DNA of 64,000 bases from positions 32,860,001-32,924,000 of the forward strand of contig NC_091477.1 of the NCBI RefSeq assembly GCF_036971445.1. Reading direction: 5' to 3'. Source of the stretch: Narcine bancroftii (taxonomy: Eukaryota). Shown piece by piece: positions 1 to 10,316 of this stretch. The notes under the pieces are model-generated. The model ran no database searches. It saw nothing but the letters and a program-made list of their open reading frames with translations, and was not told the origin of the DNA. Both the position numbers and the translations under genes were made by a program. The first letter of the stretch is position 1, and each line of letters begins with the position of its first letter.

Positions 1-530
1 CAGACACCTCACAAAATAAAGCCGCTGCCGAGCCTTCTTTGTGATTGCATCAGCGTGGAGGCTCCAGGACAGATCCTCGGAGATGTTGGCACCCAGGAAT
101 TTGAATTTCTTGACCCTATCCACTAGCGAGCCCTTGATGAGGACTGGGTCATGTTCCCCTGACTTTCTCCTAAAGTCCACAATTTTCTCCTTGGTTTTGC
201 TGACGTTGAGTGCATGCACCAGTTGATTATCTCCCTCCTGTTCGCTTCCTCATGGCCGCCTTTGATTCTGCCGACTGGGTCATGTTCCCCTGACTTTCTC
301 CTAAAGTCCACAATTTTCTCCTTGGTTTTGCTGACGTTGAGTGCATGCACCAGTTGATTATCTCCCTCCTGTTCGCTTCCTCATGGCCGCCTTTGATTCT
401 GCCGACAGCTGTGGTGTCAGCGGCAAACTTGTAGGTGGTACTGGAATTGTGCCTGACCACAGTTGTGGGTGTATAACGAGTAGAGCAGTGGGCTCAGCAC
501 GCATCCTTGGGGTGTGTCTGTGTTGATGAT
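1..530 (-). mobile_element. Rex1/Babar-type non-LTR retrotransposon RT fragment with an internal 131-bp tandem duplication
   Basis: Minus-strand translation has TTYKFAADTTAVGRIK (YADD-like) and ALNVSKTKEKIVDFRR, typical of Rex/Babar RT; 142-272 is repeated at 273-403. Confidence 0.8.
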
Positions 531-2388
531 CAGCCAATTAACTTAAGCCAATTTAATTTGTTCAATATATCAAAATGGCTGAGAGCACTACTTATAACAA
601 AAGTTATAGAACAGTCAAACTACAGAATTGAAAACTTCCTTTTCAGAACTAATCATGCCAGGCTTTTTTCCATTACATTTACTACCATCTACTGGCTGCA
701 GGAAAAATGACATGATATGCCTTACCCACAAAAAAAGCTAAATACTTCCCAAGTGAGAGACTAGAGCATCAAAAAGCTCTTTAGAATGTTTATTCTCTGT
801 TAACTTGTTCATCAATTAAGTATATTTCTTGAGGATCATTTGACTCCTGATTTGTCTTGGACCAAGTGTGAAGCATTCCAGAGATGAAGTGAAAAGGAAT
901 GCATGTTATCATGGCTGTGGTTAAAAAAGAGAAAATTTATGACACAGGAACTAATGATCTAGAGATTTTTAGAGTTATATAGCTGGAAACTGGCTCTTTG
1001 GCTGATGTAATTTATCCCAACCACCAAGCTAATCCTATTGCTTGCATTTGACCCATATCCCTCTCAACCTTTCCTATCCATGCACCTGTCCAAATATTTT
1101 TGTGGTCCAGGAGAAATTATTTTTAAATGCAGATCAATGCTGCAGGAGCTCCTCAGATCTGTGCCTTGTTGCAGTCATTTCAATGATTTTCCTGTCACAA
1201 TTTCAGAAATAGGGATGGCTGTGTATGATTATACAATGTTAGTTCTATGTGTAACTCCTCTAGTTCAAACAAGGAGAGCATGCACTTGATTGGTAACATT
1301 CATGCTGCAACTGCTAGCTAGTGATCAGTTCCAACAATGAAATCAATGACCTTAACATAATCATGTACTTTCCTACCTCGAATCTCCTAGTGGATCACCA
1401 TTAATCAAAACTGAGCATATAAAGATTACAAAAGCAGATCATAGACTTGGTAACCTATTGGGAGTGATTCATCTCTTGATCTCCAAAGACCACTGATCTG
1501 TAGGCCACACGTCAGGAGAGTTGGTGGAACACTCACTATTTGCTAGTCGCCTCGGCAATTGTTGAAGTTCAACACTATCCTGGCAAAAGCAATCAGCAGC
1601 CATCAAGAAGCTCGTCATCGTCCACCACCAATTTATCCTGCAAAGCAACACTTAAATCCGTTTGCGCTCTGTGTGGTGGAAGATGTCATCAATAAAGCTA
1701 TCAATTGATGCGTAGCTTGTGTTTTACTAGAAACATTAATTTCAAAACAGTACTCTAGCTTTGGTTAAGAATGGCCAAACAGAGTTCTAGTTCCCTTGAA
1801 GCCAAGGCATAATCTGACAGTGTGTGGTGTCAGTGAAAACAATACAGCAAAGAAAAATGGCAGAGCCCTGAAGAATAGAGTAGAGCAGAGGCCCAGAGGT
1901 ACAAATACAGTATTTAGCACCCATCATGTAGACAGGGGAAAGGGAACCCCAGCCGAGGTGTCTGCCCATCTGCGCAGCATTCCAAACATTTAATTCCTTC
2001 GCCACTCGGGATGCAAGTTTTATTATAGATTTTTTAGATTCGATGCTGTCAAAACTAAGGATGATCGGAGCCCTCTCGCTGAGCAGGACCCCGTGATTGA
2101 AGTTAAAACAAGCTCAGCGGGTCCAAGCTGTGCACTTTCTACAGTAAAGCTGAAGATACATCACCAACGATCGCTTCATCAAGGTCTCGTTTCGTCGCTG
2201 ACCTCCAAAATGACCGTATATCGCCCGGTCACTGGCACTACATTCCAGACGCCTATCAGCATGTCCTCTCCAATCACTCAAAGAGGATGGTGAAGTCCCT
2301 GAACAAGGTCGGGCGCCATCCGTGTGGAGAGGAGCAGGAGGAAGGCATTGGACAAGACAGGAGGGGCGAGAGACGCTGAACTGCTCAC

Positions 2389-2539
2389 CGATCGGCACGA
2401 ACGGATTCTCCTTGGTTTTCCGGATCAATTTGTCCCGAAACCCTTCCTCGTTGGGCTTCGGCAGGGGAGTGAAGCCCTCGATAGCTGGAGGCTTCGACAA
2501 GTCAAGAGATGAAGCCGCCGCAACCCCCGGCTTCGCCAT
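2389..2539 (-). CDS. HIGD2A: HIG1 domain family member 2A, coding exon 1 (exon 2 not found in the window)
   Basis: ATG at 2539 gives MAKPGVAAASSLDLSKPPAIEGFTPLPKPNEEGFRDKLIRKTKENPFVPI-G, then GTGAGC donor at 2388; resembles the HIGD2A N-terminus (SKPPVIEG...FKEKFVRKTRENPVVPIG, recalled); head-to-head with NOP16. Confidence 0.93.
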
Positions 2540-2730
2540 GATGAGTCGTCCGCGTCGGGAGGAAACGGTGCGCTGAGGGGGAGGGGAGCCGGCCGCTGAT
2601 TGGATGGCCGAGCGGTCAATCTGATCGTAGCGGGGTTCAACGCCTTCATCACGTCGGTCGGAGGTCAGAGGTGAAGCCGGGAGGAGCGAAGGCTGCGAAA
2701 GGAGTGGGGATCTCGGTTCTTGGCTGCAAG
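2540..2730. promoter_or_regulatory. CpG-rich bidirectional promoter / 5'UTRs shared by HIGD2A and NOP16
   Basis: 191 bp between the divergent ATGs; CpG-dense; reverse CCAAT box GATTGG at 2598-2603. Confidence 0.8.
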
Positions 2731-2837
2731 ATGCCGAAAGCAAAGGGTAAAACCAGGAGGAAGAAGTTCGACTACAGGGTGGATAGGAAAAAGCTGAAGA
2801 AGAAGATGGCGAGGAAAGAGACTCCCCGGATCCAGTG
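2731..2837 (+). CDS. NOP16: Nucleolar protein 16, exon 1
   Basis: MPKAKGKTRRKKFDYRVDRKKLKKKMARKETPRIQ-C; donor GTGAGT at 2838; phase 2. Confidence 0.95.
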
Positions 2838-3165
2838 GTGAGTGCAGCGGGCCGGGCCGGGCCGGGCCGACACGCGGTGCCCTTCCACGGCTGGCAACTT
2901 CTTGTAAAACTTGTTTCGAGGGGAAAATAATTCAACAGTCAAACGGAAAAATAAAAGCATTTGGCTTTTAGCTTGTGGGATTTGATTCGCCGAGTGAAGG
3001 GCGGGCTTTTGCGCGGCGTGGGGTTGAACAAGAAAGTCTACATCTGCTGTGGTTGAGTGTCACGCACAAACGTGCTGGAGAAACTCAGCTACTGTGGAGC
3101 AGGGAGATCCATTTTAATTGACGCACAGTGGGTGGTCTCGGCGTTGAATGCACTGCCAGGGCAAG

Positions 3166-3341
3166 TGTGGTAATAAGGGGTTAACCAGGGGTTATCCCGG
3201 TGACCTTGTCTATAAAGCAGTCCAGGGCTACCGTCTAGCCTTCTAGGTTTGTCTTGCAGAGAGACAAGACCTCTTAATGTACATATTAGTTTATTAAAGC
3301 AGTCTTATACTCGCACTGGTGGTGTGGTTATTGTCTGTTCT
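3166..3341 (+). mobile_element. LTR copy, inverted relative to the LTR at 4331-4516
   Basis: Starts TGTGG; has TATAAAG and ATTAAA; aligns by eye with the reverse complement of 4331-4516. Confidence 0.75.
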
Positions 3342-4516
3342 GGTTATCGAACATAAGAGCCACAGACCGTTGGTCCGTGACGAGGGTGAAGTGTTTGCAC
3401 ACCAGATAATGTTGCCAGTGCCTTACTGTAGTGCCTCTGTAAAGTGCTCATTGCCTCTTGGTAGGACCTGGCATCCTGTATAAGGGAATAAGGGTGGTCT
3501 CCCAGCTGCGCTAACAGCAGCATTAATAGCTCTTTATCCGATGCCTCAGCACCCTCCACGTAATTCAGAAAGCATCTCTGCCAGCGGTCAAAGTGCGTGC
3601 CAGCTCTGGGATTTCTGAGGTCGAGCTCCATCCTGTCTGGTCACAGCACATAGCTAAGCTGCAGTCTCTGGTCCCTTAGGTAATGTGGGGGCACCCTGGG
3701 GGTCGCTCCCGGTCTCCACGTGGTCTCTGGGTCTAGGTGTAGCAAGGCCGGACCCTGGGGTACTGGGAGCTGCTGGTTGAGCCTCTGTGGGGCTTGTGTC
3801 TGCTGGAGGAGTAACCTGGGTGCTTAGGCTGAATCTCTCTTTTGCTTTGGTATGTTTGCAGTGGGCTTAGGGGGGATCCCAGTGGTAGCGTCAGGTCTCC
3901 GTGGTACTGGGGAAACTGCTGCAGGGGGAGTGACGGTAGCAGTGTCTGCTTTCCCTGGCTCTGGAGTGGTCGGGAATTCTGCACATACATGGCGATTGGG
4001 AGCACGACGTGGAGATCCTTCCACCCGCACTTGTAGTGGCCCCTTTCTGATCAGACCGGGGTTTAGGGTCAGCAGCGCCTGTACCGGCAAACCCACGGGC
4101 AGGCAGGGCTCTTGGCTGTTTCTTACCTGCCCTATCATACTTCTGTGGTCTTCCCCGCATTCAACCACAATTCCAGTACAGCGGTCCCTCGCCGTCTCTG
4201 TCCTCAGATGCACATGCGTGCTGGTCGTCCTCGGATTCCATTCCTCAGGAAGAGTCTCCAGGGGGTTGGGAATGCGTCTTGGAGCAGAAGCAGCTTTTAT
4301 CCTAGTAGCTATGATATTAGTTTATTAAATTGTACTGACAATAACCATACCAGCAGTGCGAGTATTCGACAGCTTTAATAAACTAATATGTACACTAAGA
4401 GGTCTTGTCTCTGCAAGACAAACCTGGAAGGCTAGACTGTAGCTCTGGACTGCTTTATATACAAGGTCATTGGGATGACCCCTGGTGACCTAGTGGTGTA
4501 ATTACATATCACCACA
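3342..4516 (-). mobile_element. Truncated Gypsy-type LTR retrotransposon: 5' LTR (4331-4516) plus gag remnant
   Basis: LTR reads TGTGGTG...GTACA on the minus strand; gag-like L*PDRMELDLRNPRAGTHFDRWQRCFLNY...SYQEAMSTLQRHYSK at about 3420-3646. Confidence 0.75.
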
Positions 4517-5340
4517 GGAAGCTCGGTCCAGGGTGACCGCTGGGGGAGAAGGAGAGCAGGATTGCTGACCACCTGTCCGTGATAACCCTGCTTCTCCGTG
4601 ACGGGTACTGGAGAGGAGCGCCAGGTGCAGCAGTCAGGAGACGCCGCCTGCTCTTCCCATGGACCCAGAGTCTCAGATTACCAGAAAGGTGCAAGTCGGC
4701 TGTACCGAGACACAAGGGGAGACCGCAACTCGGAGCTGAGTGTGCGGGGAGTGAGCGGTTGCTTGACCGCAGACCAAGAGTACAAGCCTGCCAATGTGCC
4801 CAAGAGCAGAGGGGCTGGAGAAATTTAGCAGGCCAGGCAGCATTCGCAGGTCGTCACGGGTAAATCTTTGTACAGAGTAGTAAGGTGCCTGACCTGCTGG
4901 AATGCTCTGTGATGTAGTGGGGCATTCCCTCTGTATCTTCATACCACTGTATCACCCCCTCTGGGACTGTCCTGCCTGAGTAATGGGACGTGCTCGGACA
5001 TTACAAGAGTTTACTACTTTTATCCATCAGCCATGGTTCTGTGAAGGTGACCGTCATGATTTCGCTTGAGTTTCTGTGGGATTGTTCCTATTCTAACACT
5101 AGTCTCCATGTGTTTGTCCACGAGGAAGTCTTTGTAAGGTCAATTAGGCTGGGAAGAGCTTGGTGCTGTTTGAATACAGATTCTACACTAATGCTGGGTG
5201 GCCTTCCCAGTATTTTCTTTTTCTTTTTTTCTTCCAATCTGCTGTTTCTGATCCAAGGAAGTGACCATTTGGTTGATTTTGGAGGAAATGTTAGTTGCCC
5301 ACGTGGTTGTTCTCCCAAGTCAGATCTGGTAAGATGACGT
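4517..5340 (-). mobile_element. Degenerate LINE 5' part (APE endonuclease-like)
   Basis: Minus-strand fragments RPPSISVESV, TVTFTEPWL and RGG resemble LPSILLANV / FTETWL / RGGGV of LINE endonucleases; heavily decayed. Confidence 0.4.
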
Positions 5341-5379
5341 GAAACCAATAAAATCTGCAAATACTGGGGTTGTGCAATG

Positions 5380-6530
5380 CACAAAAGTGCTGGAGAAAGT
5401 CAGTAGGTCACACAGCATACATAGGAAGTAAATGCTAACCAAAGTTTCAGGAATCTTGGAAAACAGGTAGACTAAAAGAGGTTGGGGGGTAGAGACAAGA
5501 GGGAGGGGGTGGAGCACAAGCAAGAGATGATACAGGTGGGAGAGTAGAAGAGAAAGAAGCTGATAAGTGATGGGGAGAGGGCTAAGGGTAGCTCTGATAG
5601 GGAACTGGAGGAAAGAAGACCAAGGGATAGATAGAAAGACAAGAGTAGGGGTTAATGAAAATTTTATCTTAATGCTGTCTGGCTGGAGGCCAGAAGATCT
5701 GGCCCAATTTGTGGGTGATCTTGATTTGGCAGAATGCAAATCCATGGCATTAGTGTGTGGAATTAAAATGGTTGTCCACTGGGAGGTCTTTCCTGTGCTA
5801 GTGGATACAGTGAATGCTCTCAATTAAGTGATCTTGCACCCTGCGTTCAGTATTCCTGATATAGAGGAGGCTGCATTAGGGGTCATTTACTGATTCGGGT
5901 GCTCCAAGAGATTCAGAAATTTTGTTTCATTTGGAAGAACTGTTTGGGGCCTGAATGGTGATGTGGGAAGAGATGTGGGAAGAGATGTGGGAAGAGATGT
6001 GGGAAGAGATGTGGGAAGAGATGTGGGAAGAGATGTGGGAAGAGATGTGGGAAGAGATGTGGGAAGAGATGTGGGAAGAGATGTGGGAAGAGATGTGGGA
6101 AGAGATGTGGGAAGAGATGTGGGAAGAGATGTGGGAAGAGATGTGGGAAGAGATGTGGGAAGAGATGTGGGAAGAGATGTGGGAAGAGATGTGGGAAGAG
6201 ATGTGGGAAGAGATGTGGGAAGAGATGTGGGAAGAGATGTGGGAAGAGATGTGGGAAGAGATGTGGGAAGAGATGTGGGAAGAGATGTGGGAAGAGATGT
6301 GGGAAGAGATGTGGGAAGAGATGTGGGAAGAGATGTGGGAAGAGATGTGGGAAGAGATGTGGGAAGAGATGTGGGAAGAGATGTGGGTGTGTGTAGTCTT
6401 GTGGTCACAGAGGTATGGTACCAAGGGGGCAATTGGTGGGATAAGTGGATGACTGAGTATTGAAAGTAGTAATCCCAATGAAAAGCAGGGAGGGGTGGGG
6501 AAGATGTGTCTAGTATTGGGATGTCAGTTT
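5380..6530 (-). mobile_element. Penelope-like element fragment (GIY-YIG endonuclease region) interrupted by a minisatellite
   Basis: Minus-strand pieces [17 protein letters not shown] and CSLLYIRNTERRVQDHLIE resemble the Penelope C-terminus (CYTCAHTSSLTTIQGP / CGLLYIGETKRRLGDRFAEH); boundaries approximate. Confidence 0.6.
5960..6387 (+). repeat. Perfect 12-bp minisatellite (GATGTGGGAAGA) x35 plus an 8-bp partial unit
   Basis: Directly visible; no variant units seen. Confidence 0.98.
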
Positions 6531-7434
6531 TCTCCTTTTAAAGATATGAGGGAACCAGATATAATAATACATTATATTTGTACTCAGTATTTAAATTCTA
6601 TGGATATCATGTTGAATATTTAACTTGTGTGTCTGAATTTTGTTGTGCTGAACAGCCCAGGAAGCAGTTTTGGAATGTGATCACTGGTAGAAACAAACTC
6701 AACTTGAAAAATATAATTATTGCATTTTTTTTGGTTCCTTGCTGTTCTTCCTTTTCAAGTAAATGAAGATGCTTTTCTTGAAGATTTTCTCAAGTGCTTT
6801 TCCAGGTTTTTTAAAAATGTAACTTGGTGCTCCACTGCTTGAAATCCACGAGGAGCCAACATGGCACTGCATTTCAGAACAGTTGGTTGAAGAGTGACTA
6901 GTAGTTCAAGACTTGTGTTTGCATATGCATTCTGGGAAACTGCTATTTCTCTGTAAAATTTGAACACTTAAATGCAACAATTCTTTCTGCTTCTCCTACT
7001 GGTACACTCATCATTTAGTTTAACTTCTGACTTGCACTATCACTTGTGTAATTTTAACTCTGCACAGATTTTTGTTCTTTATTACCATCCCTTCTTATTT
7101 TGCACGTTAAAAATTATTTTTAACCTTTTAAGTGCAGAAGGATAAATGGATCCTTCTTGACCCAGTAAGCATGTCCAGCATTTTTATTTCAGCATCTTTA
7201 TAATTTATGATGTTTGCAATTGATATTTCAAGATAATAAACTGAGGAGCAAGTTACTTGAGTTTGGAATATGTTTTAGTTATAAATATTTTGTTGCACAA
7301 GATGGCTTACGGCTTATCCAAAAGATTCTCAGAAATCTTCCAGAATATCTTCCAATGTTTTACATGTGATGAATTTAGAAGAAAGCTTAACTGAACAATA
7401 ATGCTTATTTAAATACTAATTTTGTTTTGAAAAG

Positions 7435-7543
7435 TGCACAGATAAGAAATGCATGGAATGACAGAAAATCAGTTGCTCAAAATCTAGCTGAAATGGGTTT
7501 GGCATCCGATCCAAACTGCGCACTTCCCATTAAGAAAATCCAG
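7435..7543 (+). CDS. NOP16: NOP16 exon 2
   Basis: AG at 7433-34; AQIRNAWNDRKSVAQNLAEMGLASDPNCALPIKKIQ; GTATGT donor. Confidence 0.95.
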
Positions 7544-7706
7544 GTATGTGTATTTGGAGTTCTGAATTTAAGCCAAATGAAAAGCTACAGAAATGGACAA
7601 TATTCTTTGGTTGCATAACTTTTATTGTTTAACCATGTAGTAGATGGTTGGAATTACGTGCAGTTGAAATTAGGAAACAGAAAAGCCTTCACACAGGCCT
7701 TCCCAT

Positions 7707-8665
7707 TGTTATAGGTTATGTTATATATATAAATGTTTTTAAAAGAGAGATTGTGGGGGGGTTTAGTGGAGGTCACTTCACAAACAGGTACTTTCCCTTC
7801 ATATCTCATTTAAAATGCATAGCTTTGCTGAAGTTAGACATTCAGGCACCTGTGGCTTTGCAAATGACAAGTTCCTTCCAAAGCAGGGGCAAATGGAGAA
7901 GTCCAGGCTCAAGCGCTGATAAAGATCTTTCAAGGATTGGATTTGCAGCCTTGGGAGGGGTTATTGTTTTTACAAGGAGAGAAAAGAAAGAGAGAGAGAG
8001 AAAACAGGATTCTTTTAGAGAGGGAAGTCAGTTCTGCTGTGACTTTTGAGGCTGCCACATGGCAAGCTGGCAGACTTGTTGAAAATCCCATTTTGAAAAT
8101 GGTTGTGAGTTCTGAGTTCAGCCTATTAAAAACCCTTGTAGTCCTTGCAAGAAGAAATGGCTGGCTAAAGTAGCTTTTTTTTCTGAAATAAGGGAAACAA
8201 GTGGAACTCTGGTGACCTGGAAGAAAAGGTTATAATATCATTTAGAAAGCCCATGATGGGGCAAGTTTCTTTGGCAGGATACTGAAGTGGCTGATCAGAG
8301 GAAATCAGTTTGTGTGTGTGTGTCCAATGAGCAACAAATATCTCTCTGAAACCAAAAAGAACCTTCCTGAGCGGTAACCATTTAGCTTTAAGCATCAGAG
8401 CCTGGTGAACTTTATAAATGTTAAATTCTGTGCATAGTATAAGAATTGCCTGATACCAGTGAACTTGGAGAAGTGAATGACTGCAAAGAACTTTACTGAA
8501 CGTATACACATTACATATACGCACTTAGAATTAGAAGGGGGTTAAGTTAATAGCAATAAGTTTTTATGTTTAAAGAAAATTAAAAGCAACTTTTGTTTTA
8601 AGTAACCATTTGTCTTGGTGAATTTCTATTGCTGCTGGGTTTTGGGGTCCTCTGGACTTGTAACA
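7707..8665. mobile_element. Solo LTR (~960 bp) in NOP16 intron 2
   Basis: Termini TGTTA...TAACA; flanks CCAT/CTAT (3/4 match, possible 4-bp TSD); no internal coding sequence recognised. Confidence 0.65.
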
Positions 8666-9924
8666 CTATTTTGTACGCAAAAAAACTGCATCATCGAATA
8701 GAGACAGAAAATTGAATTGTTCACTTCAGGAATCTGGCAACGGAGTGTTCTGGATATTAAGTTTCTAGTAATGGAATTTGATGTTGTGAATATACATAGT
8801 ATGGCCTCAAGGGATTTTCCCTGAAACAGTAGTACATCTGGAGTGAAAAGGCCTAGTCACAATGCCAACTCCCTTGCACTAAACCCTGCACAGTATTCCT
8901 GTAGGCTCATTGATTTGATCAAGATAAAGTTCAAAGCAATTGGCCCCTTTTACCTCTTCTCAATTTAAAATCAAGCTTGCTAAAATCTCACACTATAGAA
9001 ATTATAGCTACAGAAATGTCAATTTGTGGGTTTTCAGTGTAAAATAGAGAGCGAAGTGGTACTCCTACAGAGGTGTATATATTGACATTTGGATATATCC
9101 CACTGAAAGACTGAACTAAAAGCAGGATGTCAATGCCTAAATATTGAAGGTGGAATGAAAGATAAAGAAGGTTCCGTAAAGAACTTTGATAAAAGAAGTC
9201 ACTCTTGGTTACCAGGACTTCCTGCCTTGTTGGCATAGCCTTGTGATGTATCTGTAAAAGGACCTGAACAGTGGGGCTGTGTCCTTCTATTACCACCATT
9301 TGATCACCAGGAACTATACATCTACCTTTGAACAGTCATGGTCTTTCTTTTTTCTTTGACCTGTTCAAAATTTCAGAAGGTGGGCTCTCCAATGATAATG
9401 AAATAGATTATTCAGTAAAACATAAGTCTGCTAATGCAGTGATTGAAGTAAAAACACAAAGCTGGAGAAGCTCACCAAGTCAAACAGTGTACTTTATATA
9501 GCAACAATAAATATTATTTACAAAATTTCAGACTTGAACCCTTTATCAAGATTTCCCTCACTCCCCAAACTTCCTGATCTGCCTTGGTTAAATTGGTTTT
9601 CACTATTGCAGTTATTTCCAGTTACACCATGTTGGTGATATGGACTGTATAATGGTATTTTTATATACAGTGGTATTGTTTCTTTTCACATGGTCAAGCT
9701 GATGTTTTAACTGTATTTTATAATGTTCACGATGTTCAGTAAGCATTAGGTCTAAAACATTTAGAATACAGCACAAAAACAAATTTCAACCAAAATATTT
9801 GCAACATTACTTTCCCCAAAGTGAAGGGAGAATATTTTGGGGAAGAATGTGAACCACATTTTAATTTTGAGTCAGCATTTTGCTAAAATGCTGTTATAAC
9901 AAAATGGTTTAATTTGTTTTTCAG

Positions 9925-9985
9925 AAAATGGAAGTAACGTCAGCAGGTGGAAAGCAAGTTGTTATTAAGCCATATGTCATAAAGG
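9925..9985 (+). CDS. NOP16: NOP16 exon 3
   Basis: TTTTTCAG acceptor; KMEVTSAGGKQVVIKPYVIK; GT at 9986; phases consistent. Confidence 0.92.
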
Positions 9986-10209
9986 GTTTGTATCATTATC
10001 AGAATGTTCATTCTTGGATATAATTTTTAAGTAAACTTGCCAGCCTGATAATAAATCAAAGTAAATGTTATTTTGGTTTTGTAATTCATAGTAAATTCAA
10101 TAAACCAGTTCATTTGTTAGACACTTTTAATCAATAAAATCATTTGCCCATAGGAGTGAAGATGAAATGTTTCTAAAATGCTAATACCTGATCTATTTTC
10201 CCACTATAG

Positions 10210-10316
10210 AGCTAGAGACCGAGGCAAGCCTCCCCAAAATAACAAAGCCCACTCTTTCCAGAGAATTCATTGGCTATGTGCGGCATATGATTGAGAACCA
10301 TAAAGATAATTACAAG
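10210..10316 (+). CDS. NOP16: NOP16 exon 4
   Basis: ELETEASLPKITKPTLSREFIGYVRHMIENHKDNYK; AG/GT flanks. Confidence 0.95.

Noticed and set aside
1-2388. Search for HIGD2A exon 2
   Set aside because: No GCL..A.ALTYGL/AQGFTV-like sequence found by eye; presumed outside the window, so not evidence of loss
2114-2935. 273-aa minus-strand ORF
   Set aside because: Only 2389-2539 is HIGD2A; the rest is GC-rich promoter, antisense of NOP16 exon 1 and intron read-through
3852-4328. 158-aa plus-strand ORF
   Set aside because: Antisense shadow of the extended gag frame; no recognisable domain
5887-6478. Long ORFs (PTSL)n, (HISS)n, (MWEE)n, (GRDV)n
   Set aside because: By-products of a stop-free 12-bp repeat inside an intron; not a CRISPR array either, since there are no spacers
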